DNA from: Balanoglossus misakiensis
Taxonomy: Eukaryota; Animalia; Hemichordata
Direction: 5' to 3'
NCBI GenBank assembly: GCA_040954595.2
Contig: CM082588.2
Span: forward strand, 9,718,844-9,782,843
Length of the DNA: 64,000 bases
This document shows positions 26,437 to 41,000 of this stretch, piece by piece; position 1 is the first letter of the stretch; every line of letters begins with the position of its first letter. The notes beneath the pieces are model-generated. The model made no database searches. It had not been told where the DNA came from and saw nothing but the letters and a program-made list of their open reading frames with translations. A program made the position numbers and the translations under genes.

Positions 26437-29400
26437 AACAAAACATCCTTTGCTTTCTGTTGGAACCATGCTAACTGCTTGGGCCCATCCCATTTCTTCT
26501 TAATGGCGGCCATATTGGATATTATGATAACACTTAAAAATTTACATCTTTTCAACAACTACAAGGCAAATCAAGTTCTAATTTACTGTGCGGTTTAATA
26601 TTTGACAATAATATCATTAGTGGTCATGTCACTTTGGTTGCCATATTGGATTTTTGAAAAATCTCATGAAAAATTTCACAAATCTTTTCCTAATCACGTT
26701 TTCAAGTGAATTGTGATTGGTTTATCCTAATTAAAGCCAAATCGGATTTTCTAAACACACGATTTAAAAAAAATCCTATTTCTAGCCTACCCAAATTCTT
26801 TTAATAGATATGAGTCACCACATGACCAGATTATATTACAATTTTTGGGCAATTTTCGAATGTCCTTTGATCCATTTTTTCCAGAACTTAATTGTGCGTG
26901 GATATGCTTCTTGTCAAAAAGCACACCAGTCATGATTTTGTTCACAGGAGTTTTGCATCTATAACAGATGCAGCCTTTGCTTTCTGCTGCCAGGAAATAA
27001 ACAAAATATTTAGAGGACTGAAACACCTAATGAAGTATTAAACTTTAACACAATAATTATGTACATAAGCAATTTCAAGTTAACCAATAGAGCTGAGAAG
27101 TCTGTTTTCTGTTGGACACAGCTCAGTTTGATATCGAAATTTGTTGGCCCAAATTTGCGTGACCTCTCGCTTACTTACCATTTCTCAGCATCCATAACAG
27201 ATACAGCCTTTGCTTTCTGTTCGAACCATGCTAACCGCTTTGGTCCCTCCAATGCTGCTTTTAGTATTAATTGTCTTCTTCATGGTGGCCATATTGGATT
27301 TTCGGATAACCTTTAAAACTTGACTTTTTTTTCAAAAAATACAGGGCCAATCAAGTTCTAATTTACTGTGCGGTTCAATGTTTGACAATAATAGTATCAG
27401 TAGTGGTCATGTGGCTTTGGATGCATAATTGGATTTTTGAAAAATATCATAAAACAAATCAAAAATCTATTTCTAATCAAGTTTTCAAGTAAATTGTGAT
27501 TGGTTAAAACTAATTGGACCCATATTGGATTTTCTGATCTCCGATTAAAAACTAAAATTTCCTATTTCTAGCCTACTCATTGAAAGCACACAAATAATTT
27601 TTATGGATATGAGTCACCATATGACAAGAATATATTTCAATTTGCTGGTGACTCTCGCATCTCCTTTGATACAGTAATTCCAGAACTAAATTTTATGTGG
27701 ATATGCCTCTTGTTAAAAGCACAACAGTCATGATTTTGTTCACATTAGTACTACTGCTGCCAGGACATAACACATATATTTTGATAATTTTGGCAATGAC
27801 CTTTGATCTACTATCCCATGCCTTGGCATGTACAGCAGATACAGCCTTCAAATTTGGTGGACTGGAACACCTTATGAAGAATTAAAGTTTAACACAATAA
27901 TTATGTACATAAGCTATTTCAATTAACCAATAGAGCTTAGAAGTCTGGCTTTTTGTTGGATACGGATCAGTGTGATATCAAATTTTGTTAGCACAATTTT
28001 GCATGACCTCTGACTTACTTAACCATTTCTCAGCATCCATAACAGATACAGCCTTTGCTTTGTGTTGGAACCATGCTAACCACTTTGGCCCCTGCAATGC
28101 TGCATGTTGCTTTAATTGTCTCCTTCATGGTTGCCATATAGGATATTCTGATAATCTATAAAAGTTGACTTTCTTCAAAACTGCAGGGCGAATCAACTTC
28201 TGATTTACTGTTCACAAAGTTTGACAATAATATCATTAGTGGTCATGTGACTTTGGATGCCTTATTGGATTTTTGAAAATCTCATTAAAAAATCTCATTT
28301 ATTTTTCCTAATCATGTTCTCAAGTGAATTGTGATTGGTTTAACCTTATTGGAGCCAAATTGAATTTTCTAAAATCCGATTAACAAATACATTTTCCTAT
28401 TTCTTGCCTACTAATTGATAGCACACAACTATTTTTTATGGATACGAGTCACCATATGACTAGAATACGTTACATTTTTTGGCAACTTTCACACATTCTC
28501 TAATCCATTTTTGTTCACTACTTAATTTTATGTGGATATGCCTCTTGTTAAAAAGCACAACAGTCATGATTTTGTTCACGTGAGTACTACTGCTGCCAGG
28601 ACATAACCCAAATCTTTTGATAACTTTGGCAATGACCTTTGATCTACTATCCCATGCCTTGGAATGTACAGCAGATACAGCCTTCAAATTTTTAGGACTG
28701 GAATACCTAATGAAGTATTAAACGTTAACACAATAATTATGTACATAAGCAATTTCAAGTTAACCAATATAGCTTAGAAGTCTGGATTTTGTTGGACACT
28801 GATCAGTTTGATATCAAAATTTGTTGGCACAATTTTGCATGACATCTGGCTTACTTTACCATTTCTCGGCATCTGCTACAGATACAGCCTTTGCTTTCTG
28901 TTGGAACCATGCTAACCACATTCGTCCCTCCAATGCTGCTTTTAGCTTTGTCTTCGTCATGGCAGCCATATTGGATTTTCTGATAACCTTTAAAAGTTGA
29001 CTCTTTTCAAAAATTACAAGGCCAATAAAGTTCTAATTTACTGTGCGGTTCCAATTTTTTCAATAATAATGTTAGTGGTCATGTGACTTTGGATTTATTA
29101 TGGATTTTTGAAAAATCTCATTAAAAATGTCAAAAATCTTTTTCTACTTAAGTTTTCAAGTGAATTGTGATTGGTTCAACCTTATTGGATAAAACTTTTG
29201 TATGGATACGAGTCGCCATATGACCAGAATACATGTTTTTGATCCAGTTTTCTCAGAACTTGATTATACAAAATTTTGACAACTACACATGTCCTTTGAT
29301 CCAGTGTTTTCTGAACTTAATTGTATGTGGATACGATTCTTGTTAAAAAGCACAACAGTCATGATTTTGTTTACATGAGTACTGCTGCTGCCGGAACATA

Positions 29401-31099
29401 ACCTTATTTTTTGATAATTTTGGCAATGACCTTTGATCTACGTTCCCATAACCTGGCATGCACAGCAGATGCATGTTTCAAATTTAGAGGACTGGAACAC
29501 CTAATGAAGTACTTTACCATTTCTTGGCATCCACAACAGATACAGCCTTTGCTTTCTTTTGAAACCATGCTAACCAGTTTAGCCCCTGCAATGCTGCTTG
29601 TAAGTTTAATTGTCTTCTTCATGACGGCCATATTGGATTTTCTGATAATTTCTACAAGTTGACATATTTTTTCAAAACTGCAGGGCAAATCAATTACTAA
29701 TTGACTGTCCGGTTCAAAGTTTGACAATAATATCATTAGTGGTCATGTGACTTTTGATGCCTTATTGGATTTTTGAAAATCTCATTATAATTGTCATTTT
29801 TTTATCTAATCAAGTTTTCAAGTGAATTTTGATTGGTTAAATCTCATTGGAGCCAAATTAGATTTTCTAAACTCCGATTAAGAACTAAATTTTCCTATTT
29901 TTAGCCTATGCATTGATTGCATACAAATTCCTTTAATGGATACGAGTCACCATACGACTAGAATATGTTACAATTTTTTGGCAACTTTCACATGTCCTTT
30001 GATCCAACCTTTTTCAACACCTAATAATACAAATTTTTGGCAACTTTCATTTGTTCTTTGATCCAGATCTTTCAGAACTTAATTAAAGCTTATTGAAGCC
30101 AAATTGGATTTTATGAATTCTGATTAAAAACTAAAATTTCCTTTTTCTGGGCTACTCATTGATTGCACACCAATTCTTTTTATAGATACGAGTCTTCATA
30201 TGACCAGAATACATTGCATTTTTTTTGGCAACTTTCGCATGTATTTTGATCTAGTTTTTTTCAGAACTTATTTATTCGTGGATGTGCCTCTTGTTGAAAA
30301 GCACAACAGTGATGATTTTTGTCACATTACTGCTGCCAGGACATATTTTGGCATTGAACTTCGTTCTACATTTGGCACCTGTATTCTTTTCTGAATATCT
30401 TATTGCGGCAAGACTAGTAGCACTAGAGGTTTGGTTTTTGATGTATATGGACAAGTATGGGACTTAGGTATTTTTGTTACATTTGGAATCCACTGGACCA
30501 ATGTTGACCTTATTAAATATGTGCATATCTAATGCTGAGCTTACCCATATTGTTACAGGTTGAATTTTTTATGAACATGCTCTACTTTTGGACTTAATTT
30601 TTTTGCTGAATTTCTTGACCAATGATAATCTTATAAATATGTGCTTACGTAATTGTAGACTAGACAATGAAGCTTTGAGTCTGGGTTTCCTTGAACATAG
30701 ACCACTATGCAATCAAAATTTTTTCTAACATTTTTGATGGCTTTGGTTTTGGACATTTTTGATGGACCTATTTTTCCATGCCTTGGCATGCACAGCAGAT
30801 AACGTCTTACAATTTTGAAGGCTGGAACACCTAATAACCAGGTTAACCAATAGAGCCAGAAGTCTTGTTTTTCATTTTACACTGATCATTTTGGAAGAAA
30901 AATTTGTTGACAATTTTGGGTGAGCTCTTGGTGACCTTTGATCAACTTTCCTATAAACATAGCAGATATAGCATTGGCACTCTCTGGTATCCATAGGAAC
31001 TGCTTAGACCTAGCCAATGTTGGTCGCACCTTATTTTTTTTTATTAATTGACCATATGTACCCCTTGACCCTCAGTTTGTTGGGTTGGGCTGGCTTGCC

Positions 31100-32470
31100 A
31101 CATTAATGCTATCATAAGGGGCACAAGCCAGGCGAGGTAGATCTGGAAAACCGCATCACCTACAGGGCTGAAACTTGGTAGGGTGATAGGGGCCAATGAG
31201 TAGACCTACAGTGGCCGTGAATATTTAATTAGTCACGTGACCTGGCGGCCATATTAGATTTTCCGAAAACCGTTAAATGACTCCTTCTCAAAAACTACTG
31301 GGCCAATCGAGTTCAAATTTTGTGTGCAGGTAGCCTACCTTCTGTCCATCATTTTACCGCATTGAAATCATGATGTCAAATATAAAGTTTTTTTGCTACA
31401 ATTTTTTTTCTGAAAAACTACTTAAAACTTTTAAAATCTTCTTCTCCAGAAGCAGTGATCGCCGAGTTATGGGATTCGGGGTATGCAGTCACCTAACCTA
31501 TGTCTTTCAAGTTTGCGAAGTGCACTGTGATTGGTCGATCATTATGGCGGCCATATTGGATTTCCTGAAAACCATAGCCAAAATGTTGACACCAAGGAAA
31601 TTATTTTTGTGGATATAAGTCATCATATGACCGGAACTTGTCACAATTTTGGGGGGCAATTTTCACATGACCTTTGACCCAGTTTTAAACCAACTAATTA
31701 TATATGCATATTCCCCATACCTCCTCTTGTAAAAGCACTACAGTCATGAATTTTGTGGACATGGGTACCAATGCTGTCAGGACATGACACAAATATTTTG
31801 GCAATGACCTTTGACCTATTTCTGAAACATCATTTTTCTGCATATCTAAATCCAGGCTAACCAATAGGGCTCCAGGTCTGGTTTTTGTTGGACATGGCCC
31901 ACTATGGGGTCAAACTTTTATGCCCAAATTTTGGGTGACCTTTGACCTACTTTCCCATATCTCAGCTTCCAGAGCAGTTACAGCCCTGGCTATTGGGGGA
32001 TTGGCCACCTAATAGAGTCTTACACAATACCTCATTAATTATGTGCATATCTTATTCCAAGCTAACCAACAGGGCTAGATGTTTGGTTTTTGTTGTATAA
32101 GGACATATGTGGTGTCAACATTTTTGCTCAAATTTTGGTGACCTCAGGTGACCTTTGACCTTCTCTCGGCATCCAGACAGGATAGAGCCTTGGCTTTTGG
32201 AGGGATTGAACACCTTTTGGGGTCTTTTATGTTACCTCATTAATTATGCACATATCTAATTCCAGGCTAACCAATAGGGCTAGAGGTTTGGTTTTTGTTG
32301 GTCATGGACAAGTATGGTGTCAAAATGTTTCGCCAAAAATTGGGTGAACTCAGGTGACCTTTGACCTACTTTCCCATATCTTGGTATCCACAGCAGATAC
32401 AGCTTTGGGATTCACTGGTTACCATGGGAACCGTTTGTGCCCCACCAACGCTGCTTGCAGCTTTAATTAT
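31100..32470 (+). mobile_element. Helitron/Helentron-like non-autonomous element with internal repeats and recognisable 3' end
   Basis: GGCGGCCATATTGGAT, AAAACTACTGGGCCAATC and TGACCTTTGACC repeats; terminus CGCTGCTTGCAGCTTTAATT (32449-32468). 5' limit approximate. Confidence 0.5.
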
Positions 32471-32589
32471 CATTGATTTCATGTATTTAATTCTTTCATT
32501 CTTTTTTCTTCTGTAGGTCCCACCGGTACTCTTCTTCTCTCTTTCTTCCTTTCTTTCTTTCTTTTTTCTCTCTTCTCTTCTTTTTTTCC

Positions 32590-33200
32590 CTGTAGGCCCC
32601 AATGGTAACACCATAATCAACCTACTAACGTAAAATTTGATGGATGGGTGGAGCGGAGTGTCAACCATAGTCAACCTACTAATATAAACTTTGATGGATG
32701 GATGGAGCGGAGCGTCAACCATAGTCAACCTACTAATATTAAACTTTGATGGATGGATGGGAAGGAGCGTCAACCATAGTCAACCTACTAAATATAAACT
32801 TTGATGGATGGATGGGGCGGAGCGTCAACCATAGTCAACCTGCTGAAATATAAACTTTGATGGATGGATGGTGCCATGGAGCGTCAACTTAAACGATGGA
32901 GAAGTGGAAGGATGGAGAAGAAGAGTTTTTTTTTCTCTTTTTTCTCTTTTTTTTCCTGTAGGGCTCACTGGTAACACCATAATCAACCTACTAACGTAAA
33001 ATTTGATGGATGGATGGATGGAGCGGAGTGTCAACCATAGTCAACCTACTAATATTAAACTTTGATGGATGGATGGAGCAGAGCGTCAACCATAGTCAAC
33101 CTGCTGAAATATAAACTTTGGTGGATGGAAGGTGCCGTGGAGCGTCAACTTAAAGGATGGAGATGTGGAAGGATGGAGAAGTGGAGTTTCAACATAATAA
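32590..33200. repeat. ~55-bp minisatellite, itself duplicated as a ~365-bp block
   Basis: GTCAACCATAGTCAACCTACTAATATAAACTTTGATGGATGGATGGAGCGGAGC at 32660, 32714, 32769, 32824, and again from ~33030. Confidence 0.9.
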
Positions 33201-33319
33201 ACCTATTGACCGAAATTATGAGGTAGAGTTATATAGGAGTACAAAACGAAGTGATCGTAATATAAAACTTAATAGTCCAATAAATCAGGTTAATAATTGG
33301 TAGTGATTACTTATGCTAA

Positions 33320-33800
33320 AATCAGGTTAACAGCAATGGCTTTGTGCAGGGTATGATAATAGGTTCATAAATGTGTATGGTATAATAAAGGCGAACAAAT
33401 ATGAATGGTTTAATAAAAGGGTTACAAATGTGATGATGGCTTATGGTAAAATTTGAGTGTACACAGGTTATACAGGGGTAACAGTGGTTTTTTGGATGAA
33501 GGGAATGATAATAGGGTAACAAATGTGACTGGTATAAAAGGTATAATAATGGGTTTATAATATGATGATGACTTGTGTACACAGGTTATAATGGGTATAT
33601 GAATGAGAAGGGTATAATAAATGGTGATAACTGTGTCGGGTTTAATAAAGGTAACAATCATGGAAGGGTATAATAACGATTAATAATTGCGGTGATGGCT
33701 TATGGTGATATTAAGTATACAAGGGTGTTAATATTGATGATGATGACAGAGGTATAATAATGATATAACATTAAATAAGTGTCCAGGGTCTAATAATCAT
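33320..33800. repeat. Degenerate AT/G-rich tandem repeat (GGTATAATAA / ACAAATGTGATGATGG)
   Basis: Recurrent motifs; a homologous block lies at 63605-64000 in the same orientation. Confidence 0.65.
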
Positions 33801-35031
33801 GTTGGTTCATTAATTGGTTAATGTGTATGTTTTATGAATAACATGCTATTATTTCTCAGATAGATAATACTCGTCAGCATCGTTATTCGGTGGAATTTCT
33901 CGCAACGGTACCCGTGATCGTATTCGCGCATGGACACATTGTACGCGACAGACAGGCAGAACATGTTAGGTTAGCTAAACCTCCCCACCCCATCCAAATT
34001 CCAAATTTAGCTTAGATCATGGGGTGAGAGGAGGAGAGGACAGTTTTTTTTCCTCTTTTGTAACTGGTCTGAGGTTTTTAACTGCCCTTTAGGCGCGTAA
34101 ATTAGATATGTAATCATACAAGTAGTTATCTTGCTTTATTTGAAAACAATTATGATAGAGCTCTGCGAGATTATGTACACGATAGTGTGTTATATAATGC
34201 TAAGGTAAAAGTAAACTTAACCCACTAACCCATCACTCTATTGTGTGCATAATTTGCAGATGCTATTTTGACTGGCCCATTGTCACAGTTCAACCACATG
34301 ACACCTTGTTTCAAAAAGAGCAGAAACTATTTGTGTTAATTTCTTTCAGGTTAACTACATGACACATTGTTTCAAATTGGCCTGCAAGATTTACTACTTG
34401 AACCTCCACCCCCCTCCAGCCCCCCCCCCCCCCCCCCCAAAAAAAAAAAAAAAAATTAGGGATTAATCAATCGCTATATTATGAACATTCACATGAAAAT
34501 TATGCAACCAAATTAGAGGTATTCTGGAGGCGTCTTCTGATGTCAGGTGGTTCAAATCCACCAATACCTAAGCTGGAAACATAACTTTTCATTGGTGTTC
34601 ATATATGGCAAATAAAACATGCATATTCATATTCTCAAATTTCAGAAATGAACAAATTGAAGTAGATTCTTTTCGATATGCCTTTATAAACCAACTTTAA
34701 TCCTATTTTACCCACTTTACTCAAAATGTTGTGTTTAAATTGCCCACAAGTAAGTTGTTTCTTATCTGCATATATTCATAATGTTTTCCGCAAAGTGTAC
34801 AACTGCATGTCTTGTGATCAGTATTGTGACATCTAAGAAGAACGGGAACTGGTCAGAGAACTGGGATATGGGAGCTGACAAACTGAGTTGTTGGAAATTC
34901 AAAGAGACTAATTTGCACTTTTCCACATTTTCTTGAAATCTGACTAGGAGCTAAACAAGGCACCATACAGAAAGGTCATTCTGTCACATAGTCATAGTCC
35001 AGTAGTTAGAGGATCATGGGTTCGAACCCTG

Positions 35032-38000
35032 GCACTTTGACATGGGTATAAAATGTGTATAGGGGGATTTAAAGTTGTCAGTAAATCCCTGTGTTAATAC
35101 TTGGCGGAAAGCACTGTACTTTGACATTGCTAATGCAACGATGACATTGAATGGGATTAATACGTGGCCAAAAGCACTCTATTTTGACATTGTTAATGGA
35201 ACGATGACATTGAATCTGATTCTTTGCATCAGGGCAAATGGCGAAGCAAGGTTGATGATGCATCAGGGTAGATAGTGATGCAATCACTTCACTTTGACAT
35301 GGGTATTAAATGCATATGGGGATTTCAAGTTGATGATAAATCCCTGGGTTAATACGTGTCCAAAAGCACTGTACTTTGACATTGCTAATGCAACAGTGAC
35401 ATTGAATCAGATTCTTTGCATCAGGGTAAATGGCGAAGCAAGGTTGATGATGCATCAGGGTAGATAGTGATGCAAGCTCTGCACTTTGACATGGGTATAA
35501 AATGCCTACAGGGGGATTTAAAGTTGTCTGTAAATCCCTGGGTTAATACGTGTCCAAAAGCACTGTACTTTGACATTGCTAATGCAGCGATGACATTGAA
35601 TCTGATTCTTTGCATCAGGGTAAATGGCGAAGCAAGGTTGATGATGCATCAGGGTAGATAGTGATGCAAGCTCTGCACTTTGACATGGGTATAAAATGCC
35701 TACAAGGGGATTTAAAGTTGTCTGTAAATTCTTGGGTTAATACGTGGCGGAAAGCACTGTACTTTGACGTTGCATATGCAATGGTGACATTGAATGGGAT
35801 TCTTTGCATTAGGGCAAATGGCGAAGCAAGCTCAATGATGCATCAGAGTAGATGGTGATGCAAACTCTGCACTTTCACATGGGTATTTAATGTTAAATGT
35901 AAATCCATAGGTTAATACGTGGCCAAAAGCACTCTAATTTGACATTGCTAATGCAACGATGACATTGAATCTGATTCTATGCACCAGGGCAAATGGCGAA
36001 GCAAGGTTGATGATGCATCAGGGTAGATAGTGATGCAAGCTCTGCACTTTGACATGGGTATAAAATGCCTACAGGGGGATTTAAAGTTGTCTGTAAATCC
36101 CTGGGTTAATACGTGGCGGAAAGCACTGTACTTTGACGTTGCATATGCAATGGTGACATTGAATGGGATTCTTTGCATTAGGGCAAATGGCGAAGCAAGC
36201 TCAATGATGCATCAGAGTAGATGGTGATGCAAACTCTGCACTTTCACATGGGTATTTAATGTTAACTGTAAATCCATAGGTTAATACGTGGCCAAAAGCA
36301 CTCTAATTTGACATTGCTAATGCAACGATGACATTGAATCTGTTTCTTTGCATCAGGGTAAATGGCGTAGCAAGCTTTATATTGCATCAGGGTAGATAGT
36401 GATGCAAACACTTCACTTTGACATGGGTATTAAATGCATATGGGGATTTCAAGTTGATGATAAATCCCTGGGTTAATACGTGTCCAAAAGCACTGTACTT
36501 TGACATTGCTAATGCAACGATGACATTGAGTCTGATTCTTTGCATCAGGGTAAATGGCGAAGCAAGGTTGATGATGCATCAGGGTAGATAGTGATGCAAT
36601 CACTTCACTTTGACATGGGTATTAAATGCATATGGGGATTTCAAGTTGATGATAAATCCCTGGGTTAATACGTGTCCAAAAGCACTGTACTTTGACATTG
36701 CTAATGCAACGATGACATTGAATCTGATTCTTTGCATCAGCGTAAATGGCGTAGCAAGCTTTATTATGCATCAGGGTAGATAGTGATGCAAACACTTAAC
36801 TTTGACATGGGTATTAAATGCATATGGGGATTTCAGGTTGTTGAAAAATCTGTGGGTTAATACGTGTCCAAAAGCACTGTACTTTGACATTGCTAATGCA
36901 ACGATAACATTGAATCTGATTCTTTGCATCAGGGTAAATGGCGTAGCAAGCTTTATGATGCATCAGGGTAGATAGTGATGCAAACACTTCACTTTGACAT
37001 GGGTATTAAATGCATATGGGGATTTCAAGTTGATGATAAATCCCTGGGTTAATACGTGTCCAAAAGCACTGTACTTTGACATTGCTAATGCAACGATGAC
37101 ATTGAGTCTGATTCTTTGCATCAGGGTAAATGGCGAAGCAAGGTTGATGATGCATCAGGGTAGATAGTGATGCAATCACTTCACTTTGACATGGGTATTA
37201 AATGCATATGGGGATTTCAAGTTGATGATAAATCCCTGGGTTAATACGTGTCCAAAAGCACTGTACTTTGACATTGCTAATGCAACGATGACATTGAATC
37301 TGATTCTTTGCATCAGGGTAAATGGCGTAGCAAGCTTTATTATGCATCAGGGTAGATGGTGATGCAAACACTTAACTTTGACATGGGTATTAAATGCATA
37401 TGGGGATTTCAGGTTGTTGAAAAATCTGTGGGTTAATACGTGTCCAAAAGCACTGTACTTTGACATTGCTAATGCAACGATAACATTGAATCTGATTCTT
37501 TGCATCAGGGTAAATGGCGTAGCAAGCTTTATGATGCATCAGGGTAGATAGTGATGCAAACACTTCACTTTGACATGGGTATAAAATGCCTACAGGGGGA
37601 TTTAATGTTGTCTGTAAATCCCTGGGTTATTACGTGTCCAAAAACACTGTACTTTGACATTGCTAATGCAGCGATGACATTGAATCTGATTCTTTGCATC
37701 AGGGTAAATAGCGAAGCAAGGTTGATGAAGCATCAGGGTAGATAGTGATGCAAGCTCTGCACTTTGACATGGGCATAAAATGCCTACAGGGGGATTTAAA
37801 GTTGCCTGTAAATCCCTGGGTTAATACGTGGCGGAAAGCACTGTACTTTGACATTGCATATGCAATGGTGACATTGAATGGGATTCTTTGCATTAGGGCA
37901 AATGGCGAAGCAAGCTCAATGATGCATCAGAGTAGATGGTGATGCAAACTCTGCACTTTCACATGGGTATTTAATGTTAAATGTAAATCCATAGGTTAAT

Positions 38001-41000
38001 ACGTGGCCAAAAGCACTCTAATTTGACATTGCTAATGGAACGATGACATTGAATCTGATTCTTTGCATCAGGGCAAATGGCGAAGCAAGGTTTATGATGC
38101 ATCAGGGTAGATAGTGATGCAATCACTTCACTTTGACATTGGTATTAAATGCATATGGGGATTTCAAGTTGATGATAAATCCCTGGGTTAATACGTGTCC
38201 AAAAGCACTGTAATTTGACATTGCTAATGCAACGATGACATTGAATCTGATTCTTTGCATCAGGGTATATGGCGTAGCAAGCTTTATGATGCATCAGGGT
38301 AGATAATGATGCAAACACTTCACTTTGACATGGGTATTAAATGCATATGGGGATTTCAGGTTGTTGAAAAATCTGTGGGTTAATACGTGTCCTAAAGCAC
38401 TGTACTTTGACATTGCTAATGCAACGATGACATTGAATCTGATTCTTTGCATCAGGGTAAATGGCGTAGCAAGCTTTATGACGCATCAGGGTAGATAGTG
38501 ATGCAAACACTTCACTTTGACATGGGTATAAAATGCCTACAGGGGGATTTAAAGTTGTCTGTAAATCCCTGGGTTAATACGTGTCCAAAAGCACTGTACT
38601 TTGACATTGCTAATGCAACGATGACATTGAATCTGTTTCTTTGCATCAGGGTAAATGGCGAAGCAAGGTTGATTATGCATCAGGGTAGATAGTGATGCAA
38701 GCTCTGCACTTTGACATGGGTATAAAATGCCTACAGGGGGATTTAAAGTTGTCTGTAAATCCCTGGGTTAATACGTGGCTGAAAGCACTGTACTTTGACA
38801 TTGCATATGCAATGGTGACATTGAATGGGATTCTTTGCATTAGGGCAAATGGCGAAGCAAGCTCAATGATGCATCAGAGTAGATGATGATGCAAACTCTG
38901 CACTTTCACATGGGTATTTAATGTTAAATGTAAATCCATAGGTTAATACAAGGCCAAAAGCACTCTAATTTGACATTGCTAATGCAACGATGACATTGAA
39001 TCTGATTCTTTGCATCAGGGTAAATGGCGTAGCAAGCTTTATGATGCATCAGGGTAGATAGTGATGCAAACACTTCACTTCGACATGGGTATAAAATGCC
39101 TACAGGGGGATTTAATGTTGTCTGTAGATCCCTGGGTTATTACGTGTCCAAAAACACTGTACTTTGACATTGCTAATGCAGCGATGACATTGAATCTGAT
39201 TCTTTGCATCAGGGTAAATGGCGAAGCAAGGTTGATGAAGCATCAGGGTAGATAGTGATGCAAGCTCTGCACTTTGACATGGGCATAAAATGCCTACAGG
39301 GGGATTTAAAGTTGTCTGTAAATCCCTGGGTTAATACGTGGCGGAAAGCACTGTACTTTGACATTGCATATGCAATGGTGACATTGAGTGGGATTCTTTG
39401 CATTAGGGCAAATGGCGAAGCAAGCTCAATGATGCATCAGAGTAGATGGTGATGCAAACTCTGCACTTTCACATGGGTATTTAATGTTAAATGTCAATCC
39501 ATAGGTTAATACGTGGCCAAAAGCACTCTAATTTGACATTGCTAATGGAACGATGACATTGAATCTGATTCTTTGCATCAGGGCAAATGGCGAAGCAAGG
39601 TTTATGATGCATCAGGGTAGATAGTGATGCAATCACTTCACTTTGACATTGGTATTAAATGCATATGGGGATTTCAAGTTGATGATAAATCCCTGGGTTA
39701 ATACGTGTCCAAAAGCACTGTAATTTGACATTGCTAATGCAACGATGACATTGAATCTGATTCTTTGCATCAGGGTATATGGCGTAGCAAGCTTTATGAT
39801 GCATCAGGGTAGATAGTGATGCAAACACTTCACTTTGACATGGGTATTAAATGCATATGGGGATTTCAGGTTGTTGAAAAATCTGTGGGTTAATACGTGT
39901 CCAAAAGCACTGTACTTTGACATTGCTAATGCAACGATGACATTGAATCTGATTCTTTGCATCAGGGTAAATGGCGTAGCAAGCTTTATGACGCATCAGG
40001 GTAGATAGTGATGCAAACACTTCACTTTGACATGGGTATAAAATGCCTACAGGGGGATTTAAAGTTGTCTGTAAATCCCTGGGTTAATACGTGTCCAAAA
40101 ACACTGTACTTTGACATTGCTAATGCAGCGATGACATTGAATCTGATTCTTTGCATCAGGGTAAATGGCGTAGCAAGCTTTATGATGCATCAGGGTAGAT
40201 AGTGATGCAAACACTTCACTTTGACATGGGTATTAAATGCATATGGGGATTTCAGGTTGTTGAAAAATCTGTGGGTTAATACGTGGCTGAAAGCACTGTA
40301 CTTTGACATTGCTAATGCAACGATGACATTGAATCTGATTCTTTGCATCAGGGTAAATGGCGTAGCAAGCTTTATGACGCATCAGGGTAGATAGTGATGC
40401 AAACACTTCACTTTGACATGGGTATAAAATGCCTACAGGGGGATTTAAAGTTGTCTGTAAATCCCTGGGTTAATACGTGGCTGAAAGCACTGTACTTTAA
40501 CATTGCATATGCAATGGTGACATTGATTGGGATTCTTTGCATTAGGGCAAATGGCGAAGCAAGCTCAATGATGCATCAGAGTAGATAGTGATGCAAACTC
40601 TGCACTTTCACATGGGTATTTAATGTTAAATGTAAATCCATAGGTTATTACGTGGCCAAAAGCACTCTAATTTGACATTGCTAATGGAACGATGACATTG
40701 AATCTGATTCTTTGCATCAGGGCAAATGGCGAAGAAAGGTTGATGATGCATCAGGGTAGATAGTGATGCAATCACTTCACTTTGACATTGGTATTAAATG
40801 CATATGGGGATTTCAAATTGATGATAAATCCCTGGGTTAATACGTGTCCAAAAGCACTGTACTTTGACATTGCTAATGCAACGATGACATTGAATCTGAT
40901 TCTTTGCATCAGGGTAAATGGCGTAGCAAGCTTTATGATGCATCAGGGTAGATAGTGATGCAAACACTTCACTTTGTCATGGGTATTAAATGCATATGGG

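Larger units (their letters stand above)
15974..30470 (+). repeat. Complex macro-tandem array: three copies of a ~1.3-1.4 kb unit plus about 12 diverged ~0.7-0.95 kb units
   Basis: The long unit is marked by the MSICTGNIIEV ORF at 16246, 17658 and 21982. The short unit is marked by GTGGATATGCCTCTTGTTAAAAAGCAC at ~19675, 20375, 21255, 23625, 24170, 25003, 25953, 26900, 27697, 28532, 29327, 30278. One near-exact 950-bp duplication (25265 vs 26215). Confidence 0.9.

Noticed and set aside
34993-35032. Functional tRNA gene
   Set aside because: No anticodon arm or acceptor stem; kept only as a possible SINE-head remnant.
35467-35660. Hammerhead ribozyme (retrozyme-type satellite)
   Set aside because: Closest cores are TTGATGA on + and CTGATGC on -, not CTGANGA, and no correctly placed GAAA with stems was found by eye.
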